A stretch of 63,994 bases of DNA, filler included, from Basidiobolus ranarum (GCA_040143965.1; 4 parts of 4 records of this genome joined end to end with filler, not necessarily neighbours in it), one strand, 5' to 3'. Shown: positions 37,662-51,073, counted from the whole stretch's first letter. Program-made: numbers and translations. The notes: generated by a model from the letters alone, not told the origin.

Positions 37662-40218
37662 CTAGTGTTGCTGGTAGTCATCCGGCTCCCCACTCCCCAT
37701 CATGAACGGCTCTTGACCTGGGAAGTTGTTCCCCAGCACTGCGTTCCCCATCAAGGGCATAGCTCCAGCTGCATTTGGCGGTAAATTGCTGTTTCCCATT
37801 CCTCCCCCCAAGCTTGCCTGAAAGTTTCCTCCTCCTCCACCGCCACTTACTCCTTGTCGTTCTCCAAATAGCTGGTTCTGGTCAAAGTTCGAGTAGCTCA
37901 TCTCCTGGGCCTAAATGCAAGTTCTCGGTTAGTTTCCATTCTCCAATTTCTACTATACGCTACACTACGCTACTCTACATTACTATCTCTGGTCTTATTC
38001 TGTCCTAATCTAATCTCTCTTTCCCCATATCAGTCACAAGATGAATATAGGAAGGGCCAGTTATGTGAGGCTCTTCTCAACATTCTCTTATCATTATACT
38101 TATGGCCAGCACAAACCACAAATGTACTAGCTTTAGAATTTCTATTTACCTGATTAATCGTGGCCATTGGCGCAAACCGCTGTCCTCTACCGCCACGCGT
38201 GTATTCCTCCGAAGGCTCATAGCCATGTGTCACGTTGTTGTCACCATATCCAGTGTTTGCGTTTCCACTCCCATCCATCCCTCCATAGTTTCCCCCCAGT
38301 ATTCCTCCCTTTGTTTCTCGAGGGAAAGGGTGTGGATTTTGTGCTTCTGGATTTAGCCCACTACTCAGTAGTAGTTGTGGTGGTGGGAATTGTCCACCAT
38401 CCGATGAATACATCTCCCCTTGATAGCCTCGCATATGTTGCTGCGGTGGTGCTTGGCGATATTGCTGCTGTTGATGTTGCAGGCTGACATCCGCTAGTGA
38501 ATGTCTTCGTGGCTGATTGTATGGCAGTGTGTAGGGATCTGCGAGTGAGTGTCTACGCAAATAGAGGTGACGACGTTGAGGACCTGTGTGATGTGACCCA
38601 TGTGGTGGTGCTAGATAGTTAACAATAAATGTGGTTATTATTCGGGATCAAACTGTATGTGTGTGTGTGTTCATTATTCACTCCACCCTCACTCCCTCTC
38701 CCCATCAACTTCCGTCAAGTCATTCTAAGCACTCTTCTGTCATGTCGCCAATCGATGTACTCTCACGCTTGTACTCATACAAATACACACCCACTCACAA
38801 GCTTTTCTTAGCTGCGACATGCAGTGTTGTGCTGCACTGCACTCTACCGTGTCATATTGTACTTTCTACGCATAAAGCTGTGATGTTGCTCGTCTGGTGT
38901 CATGACAGGTGCTTACTCTGACTCGCGTTTCAAATGAAAAAATATACTAGGTCTACTTACTGCTGTAGCCCGACTGTATTGGTGCCGAATCAACCGAGTG
39001 TGGACTATTCTGTCCCGGCTCTGGAACATTGCTAGCATTCTGGCCAAAGTTCAACCCGCCAGGACCGCTTGCCGATGCCAGTGTCTGGTTCGCCATGGAT
39101 CCGAGATCTTGTGAGTAGAAGCGGGGTCGGTTGAATTGTGGGTTATATCCTAGATTTCATTTTGGTTAGTATGCGTCTCTTCTAATTAGCTCACTCTCAC
39201 TCTCACCCTCACCCCCCCTTTGCCATCAACTTGATCACTAACCTTGTTGTCCATATTGTGAGTTCGGTGAGAATGTCCCGTTGAATGTGTCCATGTTGAC
39301 ACTGACTGTGCTGCTATAGCTGGCTGTCTGCTCAAAAATCAATCACAAATTATTAGCAAAATTCCTTCTCTTCGCTGCCTTCCCCTTACTCTTAAGGCTA
39401 CTTACATATTTTCCAATGATCTTCTTCAGGGCATATGGAAGTACCTTCCATGGGAACACTTTGACATCCTTCTCGATGTTTCTTGGCTTTGGATTGGGAA
39501 AAGACATGATCAGCTTAAAGAACTCTGCCGACTCCGGCTTGCACTTTGATACCGTCAGCGGTCTGAATCCTTCCAAGTTTCTTCGGATGCGATTTTTCTC
39601 TTCCACTGTGAAGCGTACAGCAATCAAGGATTCCAACAGGTAAATACAGTCAACGCTAGTGATGAAAAATTCCTTCTTCTCCTCCCAATATATACAAGAT
39701 ACCACAATACTATTGGGACCCCTTTCAGCAGGTGCGACTGGTTGAAAGCCACAATGAATTACGTTATTTTTATGTTGACGCCAAAACTGAACTAGTCTAC
39801 GTTTTGCTTCCTTCTCTTCGTCAGTCCTAAATTTCAAACCAATATTAGCACATAATATGACAAGAAAATTGACAATATTTACTTTATCTTACCAATTTAA
39901 CGCCATATCATCGATGTTACCAGTAAGGTTAAGTGAGGCCTTGTTCAAAAGTGAAGCGTAAGCATTATACGGCACCATTGGTACAGCTCCAACGGGACCA
40001 GTAGGTTGAGCTATGTAATTTCCTGAACTGGAATTGGGGAAATAGTATTCAGAGGATTGAGGTTGAGTTTGGGAATGAATGTGTTGCGGCATTTGTTGTT
40101 GACTTTCTTCCAGACTATGTATGTTATTCTGACTATCTAAGTCGGTCTCAGCGACAGAAACAGGAGGTGTTGAATAAAAAGGATGCATTGGTGGTTGTGA
40201 GGAATGAGGTGAGATCAT
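37662..40218 (-). CDS. medA: Medusa (MedA) developmental regulator, multi-exon; 5' end uncertain
   Basis: MALNW|TDEEKEAKRRLVQFWR...VSCIYWEEK...TSVDCIYLLESLIAVRFTVEEKNRIRRNLEGFRPLTVSK...FFKLIMSFPNPKPRNIEKDVKVFPW...ALKKIIGKY|TASYSS is the conserved MedA block. Q/G/P-rich C-terminal exons end at TAG 37662. An acceptor-like CTAAT...TAG just upstream of 40218 suggests further 5' exons. Confidence 0.9.
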
Positions 40219-43200
40219 AAAACACGCACTTTTATGTAGCTACAGTATATATTAGATAGACTTTTAACGCTAAAGAAGTTGAGGAAAAGTGACTAGATAT
40301 AAGAATTAAAATTGCGGAGAATATAAGATGAAACTCATTTAAGGAGTAGAACTAGTTTATATATAGGTTGAAGACAATATTGATATTTATATATTTAGCG
40401 TAAAATTGAATTTCAATAATAAATTTGATGATAGAGAATACGAAGATCAATCAATATAACAAAGAATACGGTTAGTAATTTGCCAGGGGAATACGCGGAA
40501 ATAGCATAAGCAAGGAGGATCCGAATCTCACCTGTGAAAATGACAGTGATAGACCTTTTGTTATGATGTAAAGAGGGGGGACAATCACCAGCAAGGTTCA
40601 TAATGATTGTAGACGAGATTTACACAGTCCTTGATCAAAAATGAAACTGGAAATCTAATCTAGGTGTGCAAATGTAAAACACGGAGGTAGCTAAAAAGCA
40701 GGAGGCATAGGTCAACCAAAGGAAAGGGACACAGTGTACTGTATAAATGATCATATCGATGGTAAACTAGAGAGAAGGCAAAAATCGGTCACACAACCCG
40801 ATACGACCACTAGATTCTCTATAGGGATTACAATGTGAAAAGGCAGAATGTAACAATAACTTCCATATTTCAACAAATCACCGTAGCTCAAGAAGCCCCC
40901 CATTTATATTGGCTACAATCGAATCCGTAGACTGCTGAGATGAGCAGCTGATTACTTTTAGCTTTCATTCTACCAATTTACACATTGCCAAAGGTTCGAC
41001 CAATTGGCGATCGACTGATGATCAACAGTAGTTCTGACATAAAGGATACAGCATGTAAAGAATGCTTTCGCACATTGTTGTCTACACATAATATCAGTCT
41101 TGTTAGCCTGCGACACCAATTTCCAATAAATAGCAAAGCGACTGGTCCCCTCACGCCAGCGTATGGGTGGACCAGCGCTGGTTTTCTATCTAGATCTGTT
41201 TGCAGGAGCCCAGGATAAGCAAGCCTACATAGCCTTTGCAAGCAGTACTTGTGAATGCTCTGCGCAGAGTCAGTGCAGTTTGTACATAGGCCCCTTGCCT
41301 TACAACTCGACAAAGCTATCACCAGTGGGATACTGCAGCCATAGACTGTCTCTTCGTGTATTCCAATCCCTTGATCGCTGCGTAGCCAACGATCCAAAAC
41401 AGCTCTTGCTCATTGTTGCATCAAATCGTAAGTGCTCATCACATGATATTTGAGGCTTGGGAATTCAATTTGTGGATGTAGTTGGGGTAGACGGCGAATA
41501 GGAGTCCACGGTAATACCAAAGTTACCTTCGATAGCCAAGAGCCAATGAAGCAAGGTTACCTGCACGGTCGAGTGATCCTGCAAATACATCTTTTAGGAC
41601 CTCCAACTGCCTTGTTTCAGATAATTGCTGATTCGAGATGGTGGCTCGCTTGTGTTGTGGTCCCGCTTGACCTTATCAGTAGGGCTGAATGGACTAATCG
41701 AGGAATGGCTATGAATGAAATCGGATGAAATGGCGATTTCCATGTGGGGAAATCTTGATCATTTAGACACTGAGCTAAAACGATGACTACATTCCTGGCC
41801 TTGGCTCTTTTTGGTCGCTTCCAGAATAGAAGCGTCGTTTAGTTAAGGTTATGATAGCGAACATGCCATTTCCAACTTTGTCTCGCTGGATACGTTGCTA
41901 GACTCCTACGTGACAAGTTATCACTTTCCAAAATGGGACTAGAGATAGCTTTTTCTTGTTTATACTTATATGAATTCACACTGCAATGACTTCATTTCTA
42001 CTGCTTAATTACTCAGAGCATGGTATCTTCATACCGCTTGACCATAAGAATTTCATCGGACTGGTAGGCTCAAAAGTACTATATCTATAAATGTCATGAT
42101 CTGGGTTATTTGATCCATTGATAGACATTTTATTGGGTTGAACCTGCTACAACCAAAGTCTTGGCCACTAGAACGACTGGTGTCACATAAGCCGCCTTGA
42201 AACCAACTGGCTGATTTCTATGCATGGAATGGCTTTGTGAAGGTGGTGGCCAACCTCTCTACTCTCAATGATCTATATCTCTACTGTTTGTAAGAACTAC
42301 TTGGACTAAATGAATTTACTGGCCATTAGTAATAGAAAAACCTGAGCACTAGCAAATGCAATATAATGTAGTAACCTTACAGAGAGTGGTAGGAAACTCT
42401 TTCTTTTTTCATTACTCAGATATAGTATTTGAGGGGTGCATTGATTGCGCCATGAGAGATACAAAGAGTTGTGGCGATCATGTAATATATATTGATTTTG
42501 TCTCTCTTCCGTTAAGAGCAGCTCCTGGAATTAAGATATCCTTCCGGGTCAACTAGAAACATCAAATGACAGTTAATATTCACATTAATGTCCATGCGGA
42601 TCCAATGAGTGGCATATCCCAAAATGTACAATTCACCTAGAAATATAGTTGATTAAAAATACCAGCGCTAGTGATAAAGCAAACAACTGAAAGGGGGATT
42701 CCCGTTTGGGGTAGGGGAAACAAGAGCTTGTGATTTTAGTGGTTTATGTACAGTCTGAAGTTGGAGATGGTGAGAAGCCATCGCAAAATAGGTTAGCCTT
42801 GCGAAAAATAATAGCTGTACTCTCTTGAGCTCATGGAATCTCAGTGTTTCAGGATAAAGAGACGGCATCTTTAAAGGACAGTGATATAGGTTCATTTACT
42901 GAACTATCATTCTAGGCTATTTGTCTTACTGGTTGTTGTATGTTTCATGGAAGGATTTTTACTCAGACAACAAATTTCCCCAATATGTTGTACTTTTTCT
43001 ACATCTTTGAAATGCTTTTTGAACCTTGTCACATTATGCAAAACTTGTATCCTTACCAAGACCCACTTACAAGTTGGTCTATGATTAGAAATATCGCAAT
43101 TCTTCTAAAAAAAAGCGTGGATACTCATACAGCATACAACTTTTGTTAGGTTGTAACTCCAAGTTTATGACAACAAGAATAGTTTGCAGTTTCCATGAGA

Positions 43201-44272
43201 GCTTTTTGCCAGTGATTTCCAAGAGTTATTGTTAGTAGTTCTTGGTACTCAACTGATGAGTTACAGTGGGAGAGCATCAATTAACTGCTTTACCCAGTAT
43301 TATTGAATAATTGTATGGTTGGATTTACTCATGTTGATAGCTACATCAACATAGTTAAGTGGATCACTAGAGAGAGATCATATAGCTACTTCTATTTGTA
43401 CACTCTGAATATAAATTTGTGGAGATTATTATTTATGTCATAGTTGAATGATTTAGTGATTCTCAAGCACTTTCAATTTGCTCAAACATCCGCCACACTA
43501 GATAAAGCAGAAAGTGACAATAGGCATTTGAGTTCGTAGTTCATAATATATGATTATTTTATATGAACGCATAGACTGGTTATTTCTACCAAGTACCGAA
43601 GTTAATGTACTAGTACTCCAGTCTACAAATCCTGTACTGCATACAAAATAGAAGCTAGGAGTTGCTAATGACCAAAAAACTAAAGCAAGCATCACAAGAC
43701 TACCAATCGCCTCAATGTAAGTGTTGGTCATGCCAGAAATGACAAAAACCAAGAATACTACTTTCATTTTACTTCTCATGATTGAGAGTCACCTACATCT
43801 AGTTGTCATTGTTTTTAGTGGTTAATATCTAGGCCTCAGCAGTGTATATTGATATTTCCTAAAGATCAATCACACTAAATTCCACTGCATCTATGAGGAA
43901 AGTGGCTTGCAAGAATATATAACAACTGCGAAATTGAAAATATTTGATCTACAGCCAGCATTGGATATGATAATACCACGAATACTCACTATATATATAT
44001 ATAACAATTTGTTACATAGGAACATGATGTTAGAAAAGTAAATGCGATGCTTTAACTCCTTGTCATTAATGATTACTACACTTGTAAAAGACGTAATAAA
44101 CAAGGGTGCTGGTAATGAGAAAATCACACAGCACTACAGGTGAGATTAGTAAATACACACATAGATTATTGGCTAAAATAGGAAGGTTTGCTGATATGGT
44201 TTTCTGTATTAGTAAAATTTTGACCGTAAGTTTCAATAGAAAAATGATACCATCTGTAATGAAGATTGTAAC

Positions 44273-44911
44273 ATCAGATAACCCACTCAGAATTTCTTAG
44301 TTATCAGATGAGCGCTTCTAAAGTTCGAACCCACTAAGCAAGATCGTACGGAACGAATCTTGGCATGGCGACAGAAATTGGTCCTGTATTAGCCAAACTT
44401 TCAATACTAATTTGGTTGGAAATAGCCATCTTGGCTCGAAAGGATCGGATGCTTCTTAATTCCCCATACGAAAACAACGTGATAACAGAGTTGTGCTTCG
44501 TAGTTATTGATTTAAATTTGGTAGATGATGATTGGGTCTGGATTGAATTACTAACATATCTAGTTCTTAATATTGCTAATTTCTGTATCACCCTATGCAT
44601 TGGTGAATGCATTTATGGTTGCTCTCGGAGTTCATTCGTCGAGTAAAATATCTGATAGTCTCCAGGTTATTGAAAGAGCTACGCTTGCATTTTATCAGAT
44701 GAAAATAAGAGGCCCAAATGGGGGAAATGGCATGTTTGATACTCCATTTAGATAGCCCGGGGCACTGGCTAGAGATAGATGCTAGGTGGGAGTTTTAACT
44801 GGAATTCTATGACTCATAGACGTATTAGACCAGTAGTTATCTGATTGAAATCCATTGATCTGTTTTTGTCATTTATGTGGAGCAACATAGATCAGGGGCC
44901 ACTTATCAGAT
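44273..44911. promoter_or_regulatory. Five exact ATCWGATAA (SreA-type extended GATA) sites upstream of C2H2 paralog 1
   Basis: Sites start at 44273, 44301, 44692, 44837 and 44903; near-match at 44650. Confidence 0.7.
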
Positions 44912-45038
44912 TTACTTGAAGATCAAAAAATTATCATCTGTTTCGTATATATACCTCTCGATAATCAATACCCAACATCAATCGAAGCTATATATTTTCC
45001 AGTTTCCGTTAAGTCACATAGATATATAAAAACTTATT

Positions 45039-45821
45039 ATGTCTTCTTGCGTCGAAGTCAACTCCTCTCAACATCCTAATATTCATTCTCCAGCGGAAGA
45101 TACTGATATGAATGAGCTGCTAGCAGTTCTTAGCCAAGAGGATATTCCTAGACCCTACAAATGCCCTTTGTGCGAAAAAGCATTCTACCGTATCGAACAC
45201 AGAACCAGACATATCCGTATTCACACCGGAGAGAAACCTTACAAATGTGAAAGTAGTGGATGCAAAAAATCCTTCTCTAGATCGGATGAGCTGGTGAGAC
45301 ATCAGAAAACTCATATAAATCCCAAGAAAAGAGGGAGAAAGAGTAAGAAACAACTCGCTCTTGAAGCCGAACTTCTTGCTACAGCGGCCGATAAACGCAA
45401 AGCCAATTGCCTTGAGGAGAAAGAAAGTCAACCACTAGTATCCGAGGAGGCTTCTCTCAAAAAGGCTCGGTTTACGGAAAATGAAGAAGCCCAGAATGTG
45501 CCTAGCTCTCCAAGTTTCTCCACTTCCTCTATTTCCGAGAGTGAGGACGAAATAGTAAGCACACCTCAACTAAAACCTGAGCATAGTCCCTCGTTAGAGC
45601 TACTTTCCGAGCTATCCATTAGTTTGGCCTCTGAGAATAGCAGCAGAACTGCAAATTCGGTATGCAAGGATGAACCCAAAACTACCGAACTTCCTAGTTT
45701 CTCGCAGCTATTGAGTAAGATTGCAGATGATCGACTTCTTCCTCCTCCAGTAGTACCAGCACAATGGTCACAAGTTCACTCTGTGCCAATGAATTATTCT
45801 ATTTTCTCTGGGTTATTCTAA
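45039..45821 (+). CDS. CreA/Mig1-like two-finger C2H2 transcription factor, paralog 1 (intronless)
   Basis: [34 protein letters not shown]...[23 protein letters not shown]-terminal LPSFSQL. Confidence 0.9.
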   Translation: MSSCVEVNSSQHPNIHSPAEDTDMNELLAVLSQEDIPRPYKCPLCEKAFYRIEHRTRHIRIHTGEKPYKCESSGCKKSFSRSDELVRHQKTHINPKKRGRKSKKQLALEAELLATAADKRKANCLEEKESQPLVSEEASLKKARFTENEEAQNVPSSPSFSTSSISESEDEIVSTPQLKPEHSPSLELLSELSISLASENSSRTANSVCKDEPKTTELPSFSQLLSKIADDRLLPPPVVPAQWSQVHSVPMNYSIFSGLF

Positions 45822-46430
45822 ATGATTTTCCCAATTGATACTCCCTCTTGGGACAATGTATTTTTGATGTACATATATCACCTACTGCTTATACTGGATT
45901 GTACAGAATAGCATTCGTACTGCCGTCGATTTTCTTCCCACCTATTATATGATGACTTGTGAATACTTTCAATTCTCTAGAAAATGATTGGATAGTCTCA
46001 TTATTGTATTTGTTTATTCAGACAATGGGCTTTCCATTATCAATAAATTCTCATGTTGCTTCTAATGATGACCAAAATTGTTTTGAATGTCCAAGAATAC
46101 TACGAAGCCAACTTAATGATAGAGGTTTGTATGTAAGCGTTATATGAGAATAATTATTTTGTGCTATCCGTTTTCTTCTAAGCCTAAAGTTGTAGTGACA
46201 ATAATGATTTTTCAGTCGCAATGTCATTTATACAACTTCCCTATTTCTGCGCTGCTCGGTTCCTCTTTCGATGAAGCACTGCGCCTGATGTAAAATCTAT
46301 CTTATCAAGTAGAAAATATATTCCAGTATAAAGTTTTCAAGTGTTTCGAAATGTGTCATATCAACGAAACAAACAGTTGTGGTGCTTTATGGTATACATT
46401 GTTAGTGTCATTTAAGGATTACATATTCGA

Positions 46431-46949
46431 ATCTGATAACCTTAATGGAGCAAGAGCTAGCTCCATTCCAGAGGTATAACTCCATGTATGGATCTACTAT
46501 ATAAAGGTATTACTTCTATGTGCACGATAGACTGAATTGGATCGGAATCTCTCCACGAGGGGAAATAGTAGCTGGCTGGAATTTACTCCGCTTCTTTGAT
46601 AAAATGAGAATAAGCAGCATAAAATCTGACAGTCTGTGATTTCCAAAAGGCTCATCAATTCCCCAACAATTTATCAAGATCAGAACTCCAAAGGGGGTAA
46701 CTCGTTGTATCACTCTCAACAAGCGCAAAGAATATGAATTAGCCAAACATTTTCATTTATCAGATCTTCGTTAAAAAAAATTGCATGTCTTCAGGTAAAC
46801 GCCAAAAGAGATACTCGTATAGCATGAAAAAACGACCTCTACATTGCCCCTTTTAGATAGTGAGATACAATTGGAAACTATCGTTGAAGACAGTAAAATA
46901 AATGGGGAAATCTGATAGTTACCCCAATTTTCAAAAATCTTTATCTGAT
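46431..46949. promoter_or_regulatory. Three exact ATCWGATAA sites plus a TATA-like element between convergent paralogs 1 and 2
   Basis: Sites start at 46431, 46757 and 46941; near-match at 46910; TACTATATAAA at ~46495-46505. Confidence 0.55.
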
Positions 46950-47236
46950 GGTTGTTACAAACTGACAGAGCGAAGTCTAGAATTTATCTGGAGCCAAATG
47001 CTACCCAGATTACGCAATTTTCTAGCTGAATATCATAATGTAGTGATGGATAATTAAGTATCATCTTTGAGGTATGTAACTAATTCCTGGACCACCCATG
47101 GCATAGGATTGTTACTCAATGCCAATAACTTGAATTTGGTTGCAACAGTGTGTATAATATTTATTATGAAACCCCACTTGTTTAGAATATATCGCTAATA
47201 TACAACTTATGTACAGATGTCACGCATGTAGGTATT

Positions 47237-47938
47237 CTAACAATACAAACTATGGGCTGGATTTATAGGCCCGTACCACTTGAATACCTGGTCATCAACT
47301 GGAATTGGTAAAAACTGCTCAGTTGATATGGATCTCATTACCTCAGAAAAACTTGGTAGCCGCACTTGTAATTTTCTTGTGCTCAGAGCAAATTCAGTTA
47401 CTTCTTGCATATTAGGTAAGAATTCAGACTTCAGAACAGGCGTAGTGATCAGCTCTTCTTCACTTTCAGAGGTGGATGGAGATGCGAGTATAGAGCGGAT
47501 AGGCTCTTCTGGACTATTACCATCACAAAATCCTATGTTCGGAATATCATCTTCGGATTTTTTCGCTTCGTATCCATAGCTAGTAGCGTTCATGGAGGAT
47601 CCGATAGTTCGGGATAGAGCTTGTGCTTCTATAGCAAGCTGTTTCTTACTCTTTCTTCCTCTCTTCTTGGGATTCAAATGAGTTTTTCGGTGTCTCACTA
47701 GCTCATCAGACCGAGAGAATGATTTTGCACATCTATTGAGTTCACACTTGTATGGCTTTTCCCCAGTGTGAATACGAATATGTCTGGTTCTATGCTCTAT
47801 ACGGTAGAATGCCTTCTCGCACAGAGGACATTTATATGGTCGTGGGGATTCGGAGTTTTCCACATTGGTCACTATGTATTGCGTATTGAGGCCTTCGCAC
47901 TTTAATACCCGGTATGCCATTGGGATCTTGTTACACAT
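47237..47938 (-). CDS. CreA/Mig1-like C2H2 transcription factor, paralog 2 (intronless)
   Basis: Same finger pair (RIEHRTR/RSDELVR), [24 protein letters not shown] and LPSFSEVM. Confidence 0.88.
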   Translation of the reverse strand: MCNKIPMAYRVLKCEGLNTQYIVTNVENSESPRPYKCPLCEKAFYRIEHRTRHIRIHTGEKPYKCELNRCAKSFSRSDELVRHRKTHLNPKKRGRKSKKQLAIEAQALSRTIGSSMNATSYGYEAKKSEDDIPNIGFCDGNSPEEPIRSILASPSTSESEEELITTPVLKSEFLPNMQEVTEFALSTRKLQVRLPSFSEVMRSISTEQFLPIPVDDQVFKWYGPINPAHSLYC

Positions 47939-48787
47939 CTGGTATAGCGAAGTTCTTGACTTAAAGTATCCAGAATTACCCGTGAAATAGGATGTTCAAG
48001 TGGCCCGATGCTCATTTATATACTGGTCAACTCATTGCATTATAATCCGATATTATCTAATAATCCTAAACTCTTGCAATTTTTTTCGAACATACCTTGA
48101 ACAAATATGAATCATGCATCTACTCCCAAAGGGGAAATCTATATTTTATAGAAGAGTTTCCGATATGAATCCAGTTTCTTCCAAACTTTCAATTAGGTAT
48201 ATGGGTCGTCAACACTCTGATATATATTCTCACTTCAGCTGACTAGTTATAACGCCATTCCAGCAAGGCAGCGAATTCAAACCATTAAAGTAACTAATGG
48301 TTCTTCTTAACCTATCACTTTCTATAAGTTGCGGGGAGAATTATCAATAGACAGAAGGCGCATAGCACGTGCGAGGCCATTCTTATCATGAATTCCACTA
48401 TTGTACCATTTTTCCACAACCTAGAATTGCAATATAAATAGTGTATGTATTCCCATATATTATTCTCTACAGCATTCTAGGTGCTAGGTGCTATGTAATA
48501 AATACCAAAATTATCTGGAGCTGTCTGCATTGAATGGGAGTCATATCGAAATAATTGGTCAGTCCACTTTGGAGCTTTTTAATGGGGAAACTCATTGAGT
48601 CTATTTGGAAATCAATCAGAATCTTTCAACAAATACGTGAAGAGATGAAGGTTCCACCTCATTTCCATTTTGAATAATTAGATCAAATCAGCTAATATAT
48701 ACAATCCAGTCTATATCTGTATATATATCTTAGACTAATAAGTGTAAATTACCTTCAACTGATCAGCTTCACAATTCATCAATAGAC

Positions 48788-49598
48788 TTATCAGATCGTT
48801 ACTCTACTCACAACAAAAATAAACTTATCAGATTTTTCTGATTCAATACAAACACATATACTTTACCATATTAACTGCTCCTAATTTACGCAAACCCAGC
48901 CTCAATGTTGAGCGAATTCAGAGGCTGTAGGGTACGGATAGGGGATATCTCTCCAATGCTTCAAATGAACTTAGTTGCAAGAGTTACTCTGACTATCATT
49001 GATAATCGTGCACTCGAAATATACGGAACTCTATGGCAATGAAGGCACCGGATAAAGTTTTATCAAGGATCTAAACACCTGCATTGGTGACACCCGGGCT
49101 CACCAGCATAGTCAGTGTGTAAAGAAGGAAAATCAAATCGGGAGGGAAGGTTGAGTTCCGAGTATGTCAATTTTAAAGTTCAAAGCAATTCAATCTCCCA
49201 ATAAAGGGTCAAGGGAATCCTATTATGGGCAACAAATGGAGTAATTGATTTTTCAGAAGATTTGATAAACTCCAATGCTTATTAATATTGCAGGGTTCAG
49301 CACTTGTTTGACTGTCCAAACTTACAGAGGTGCATGTAAAACAGGTGCCAGACAAGCTTGACATACCCTAGAAAAGGTACATTTTCTCAATACATGGTTT
49401 TTAGCCTATTTGGTAAGGGCTTGAAACCATCTGATAACTCATGGATGCAGCCACGTAATTGCTTTTAAAGAATAACTATCTAATAGTCTTTAATGATGTT
49501 GAAAGTTGTGAGTAAAACGATCTGATATTGTTCGAAGTATTGATTGGATAACCTCTAGACAACAATCTGATAATGAATCTCCGTAGTTACTATATAAA
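48788..49598. promoter_or_regulatory. Four exact ATCWGATAA sites and TATA box in the divergent region between paralogs 2 and 3
   Basis: Sites start at 48788, 48825, 49429 and 49565; near-match at 49520; TATATAAA at 49591-49598. Confidence 0.7.
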
Positions 49599-49644
49599 CA
49601 GGGGAGCTATCTTACGCGAAGTACTTAGGAATCCCGACTGCCAC

Positions 49645-50388
49645 ATGAGTAGCAAGTACCAAGTTACCACTGATAAGACAATCTACGCGACCTCCTATCA
49701 AGATCACGCCATGGAAAATATTATGACCAGCTTTGAGGAATCCCAGGCTCCTCGTCCGTATAAATGTCCACATTGTGAGAAAGAATTTTACCGTATTGAG
49801 CACAGAACAAGACACATTCGTATCCATACGGGAGAAAGACCCTACCAATGTGAGTTTGAGAAATGTTCAAAATCGTTCTCCAGGTCGGATGAACTTGCTA
49901 GACACCACAAGACTCATATAAATCCGAAGAAGAGAGGAAGAAAAAGTAAGAAGCAACTTGCACTAGAGGCTGAATTGGCATCTCAGCAACACGCGAAAGA
50001 AAAGAAGTATCCCAACATCCATCCTCCATCCAAGGAATGGAAAATAGCTTCAATGAAGTTTAAGCGTACAAAGAAAATCAAGTTTATCACTCCTTGTTCT
50101 TCGCCGATTTCTTACGCCTCAGAAAGTGATGAAGAACTAGTTACTACTCCAAAAATGAAACTGAGATTTTCACCCAAACTAATTTCTCCTCAAGTTTCTC
50201 ACTCTGGACATTCAAACTTCAAGTTTGAAGTCGAAGCGAAACAAGAACTTCATTTGCCTAGTTTCTCGGAATTGATGAGCGCCATCGCCGCGGAGCGTGG
50301 AATACCCATCACAGGTCCGAGTGGAAGCAGCTATTCAGGCACTAGGAACTCATTTAATGCTTTGTCATCGAATATCCTCCGGCTATGA
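49645..50388 (+). CDS. CreA/Mig1-like C2H2 transcription factor, paralog 3 (intronless)
   Basis: RIEHRTR/RSDELAR fingers, [39 protein letters not shown] 49645 preferred over 49573 because the TATA box lies at 49591. Confidence 0.88.
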   Translation: MSSKYQVTTDKTIYATSYQDHAMENIMTSFEESQAPRPYKCPHCEKEFYRIEHRTRHIRIHTGERPYQCEFEKCSKSFSRSDELARHHKTHINPKKRGRKSKKQLALEAELASQQHAKEKKYPNIHPPSKEWKIASMKFKRTKKIKFITPCSSPISYASESDEELVTTPKMKLRFSPKLISPQVSHSGHSNFKFEVEAKQELHLPSFSELMSAIAAERGIPITGPSGSSYSGTRNSFNALSSNILRL

Positions 50389-51073
50389 GATTTCGCTTTA
50401 AAATATGTATATATTAGCACCCTTCTCCGTGTATAATTTTCTATCGTCGTATTACAAATACTTTTATTGTTGCAGATTTACTATTATGAATAAAAGTTGA
50501 ACTCTTCTCAATTTGATCGCATAATGCTCAAATGAGCCTTGTATTCTAGTTAGTAATTTAAAATATGCCACCTCTGCATTGCTCAATATCAGATGGTACT
50601 TTCTCCGCTCCAGGATCACTTCGTCTATTTCAAATTTGTATGTTGTGAGACCTTAATGACCAAAGATGCTCCTCAGCGAAATATTTGGCGATTTAAAAGG
50701 AAGAATCTTCGGGTTGCCTACTTTGAAGTTACGTTGCATTGAAGCCTAGTAAAATTTGTATATCAGAGAGTTATATGGACTGCATATTAGCATCGGTACT
50801 GAATCTTGAACCAATAATGTATCGGTCATATTTCTTGGAATTTAAGAAGATTCGTGAAGTTGTTCTGAGAGTGCTAGCCATCGCTGTATGTTACTTAGGG
50901 ACACTGTTGTCAGTATTAGTGTCCAATACTACCGAGTTCCTCCCGTTTTCTGGAAGCAGCTGGCATTCCTAAACGGTGCACTATATGATGATTAAGCTGC
51001 TATGAGATGATACTGCTATCAAAGTATTTAGTCAATTATAGAAGGAATTACTTTTATTGAAGTGCTATAATAT

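Noticed and set aside
40978-41728. GC-richer stretch with several short ORFs upstream of medA
   Set aside because: No recognisable domain or consistent frame; may be medA 5' UTR or regulatory DNA.
43498-44646. Short hydrophobic ORFs on both strands
   Set aside because: No coherent exon chain or family motif; partly overlaps the GATA-box region.
44660-48520. SYGGRG sites near the CreA-like genes suggesting autoregulation
   Set aside because: A few matches exist (e.g. 44757, 48331) but the 6-mer is too common to count as evidence.
2399-49573. Idea that the GATA protein at 2399-4216 is the factor binding the ATCWGATAA sites
   Set aside because: Different contigs. It has one C-x18-C finger, whereas SreA-type factors have two C-x17-C fingers with a Cys-rich spacer.
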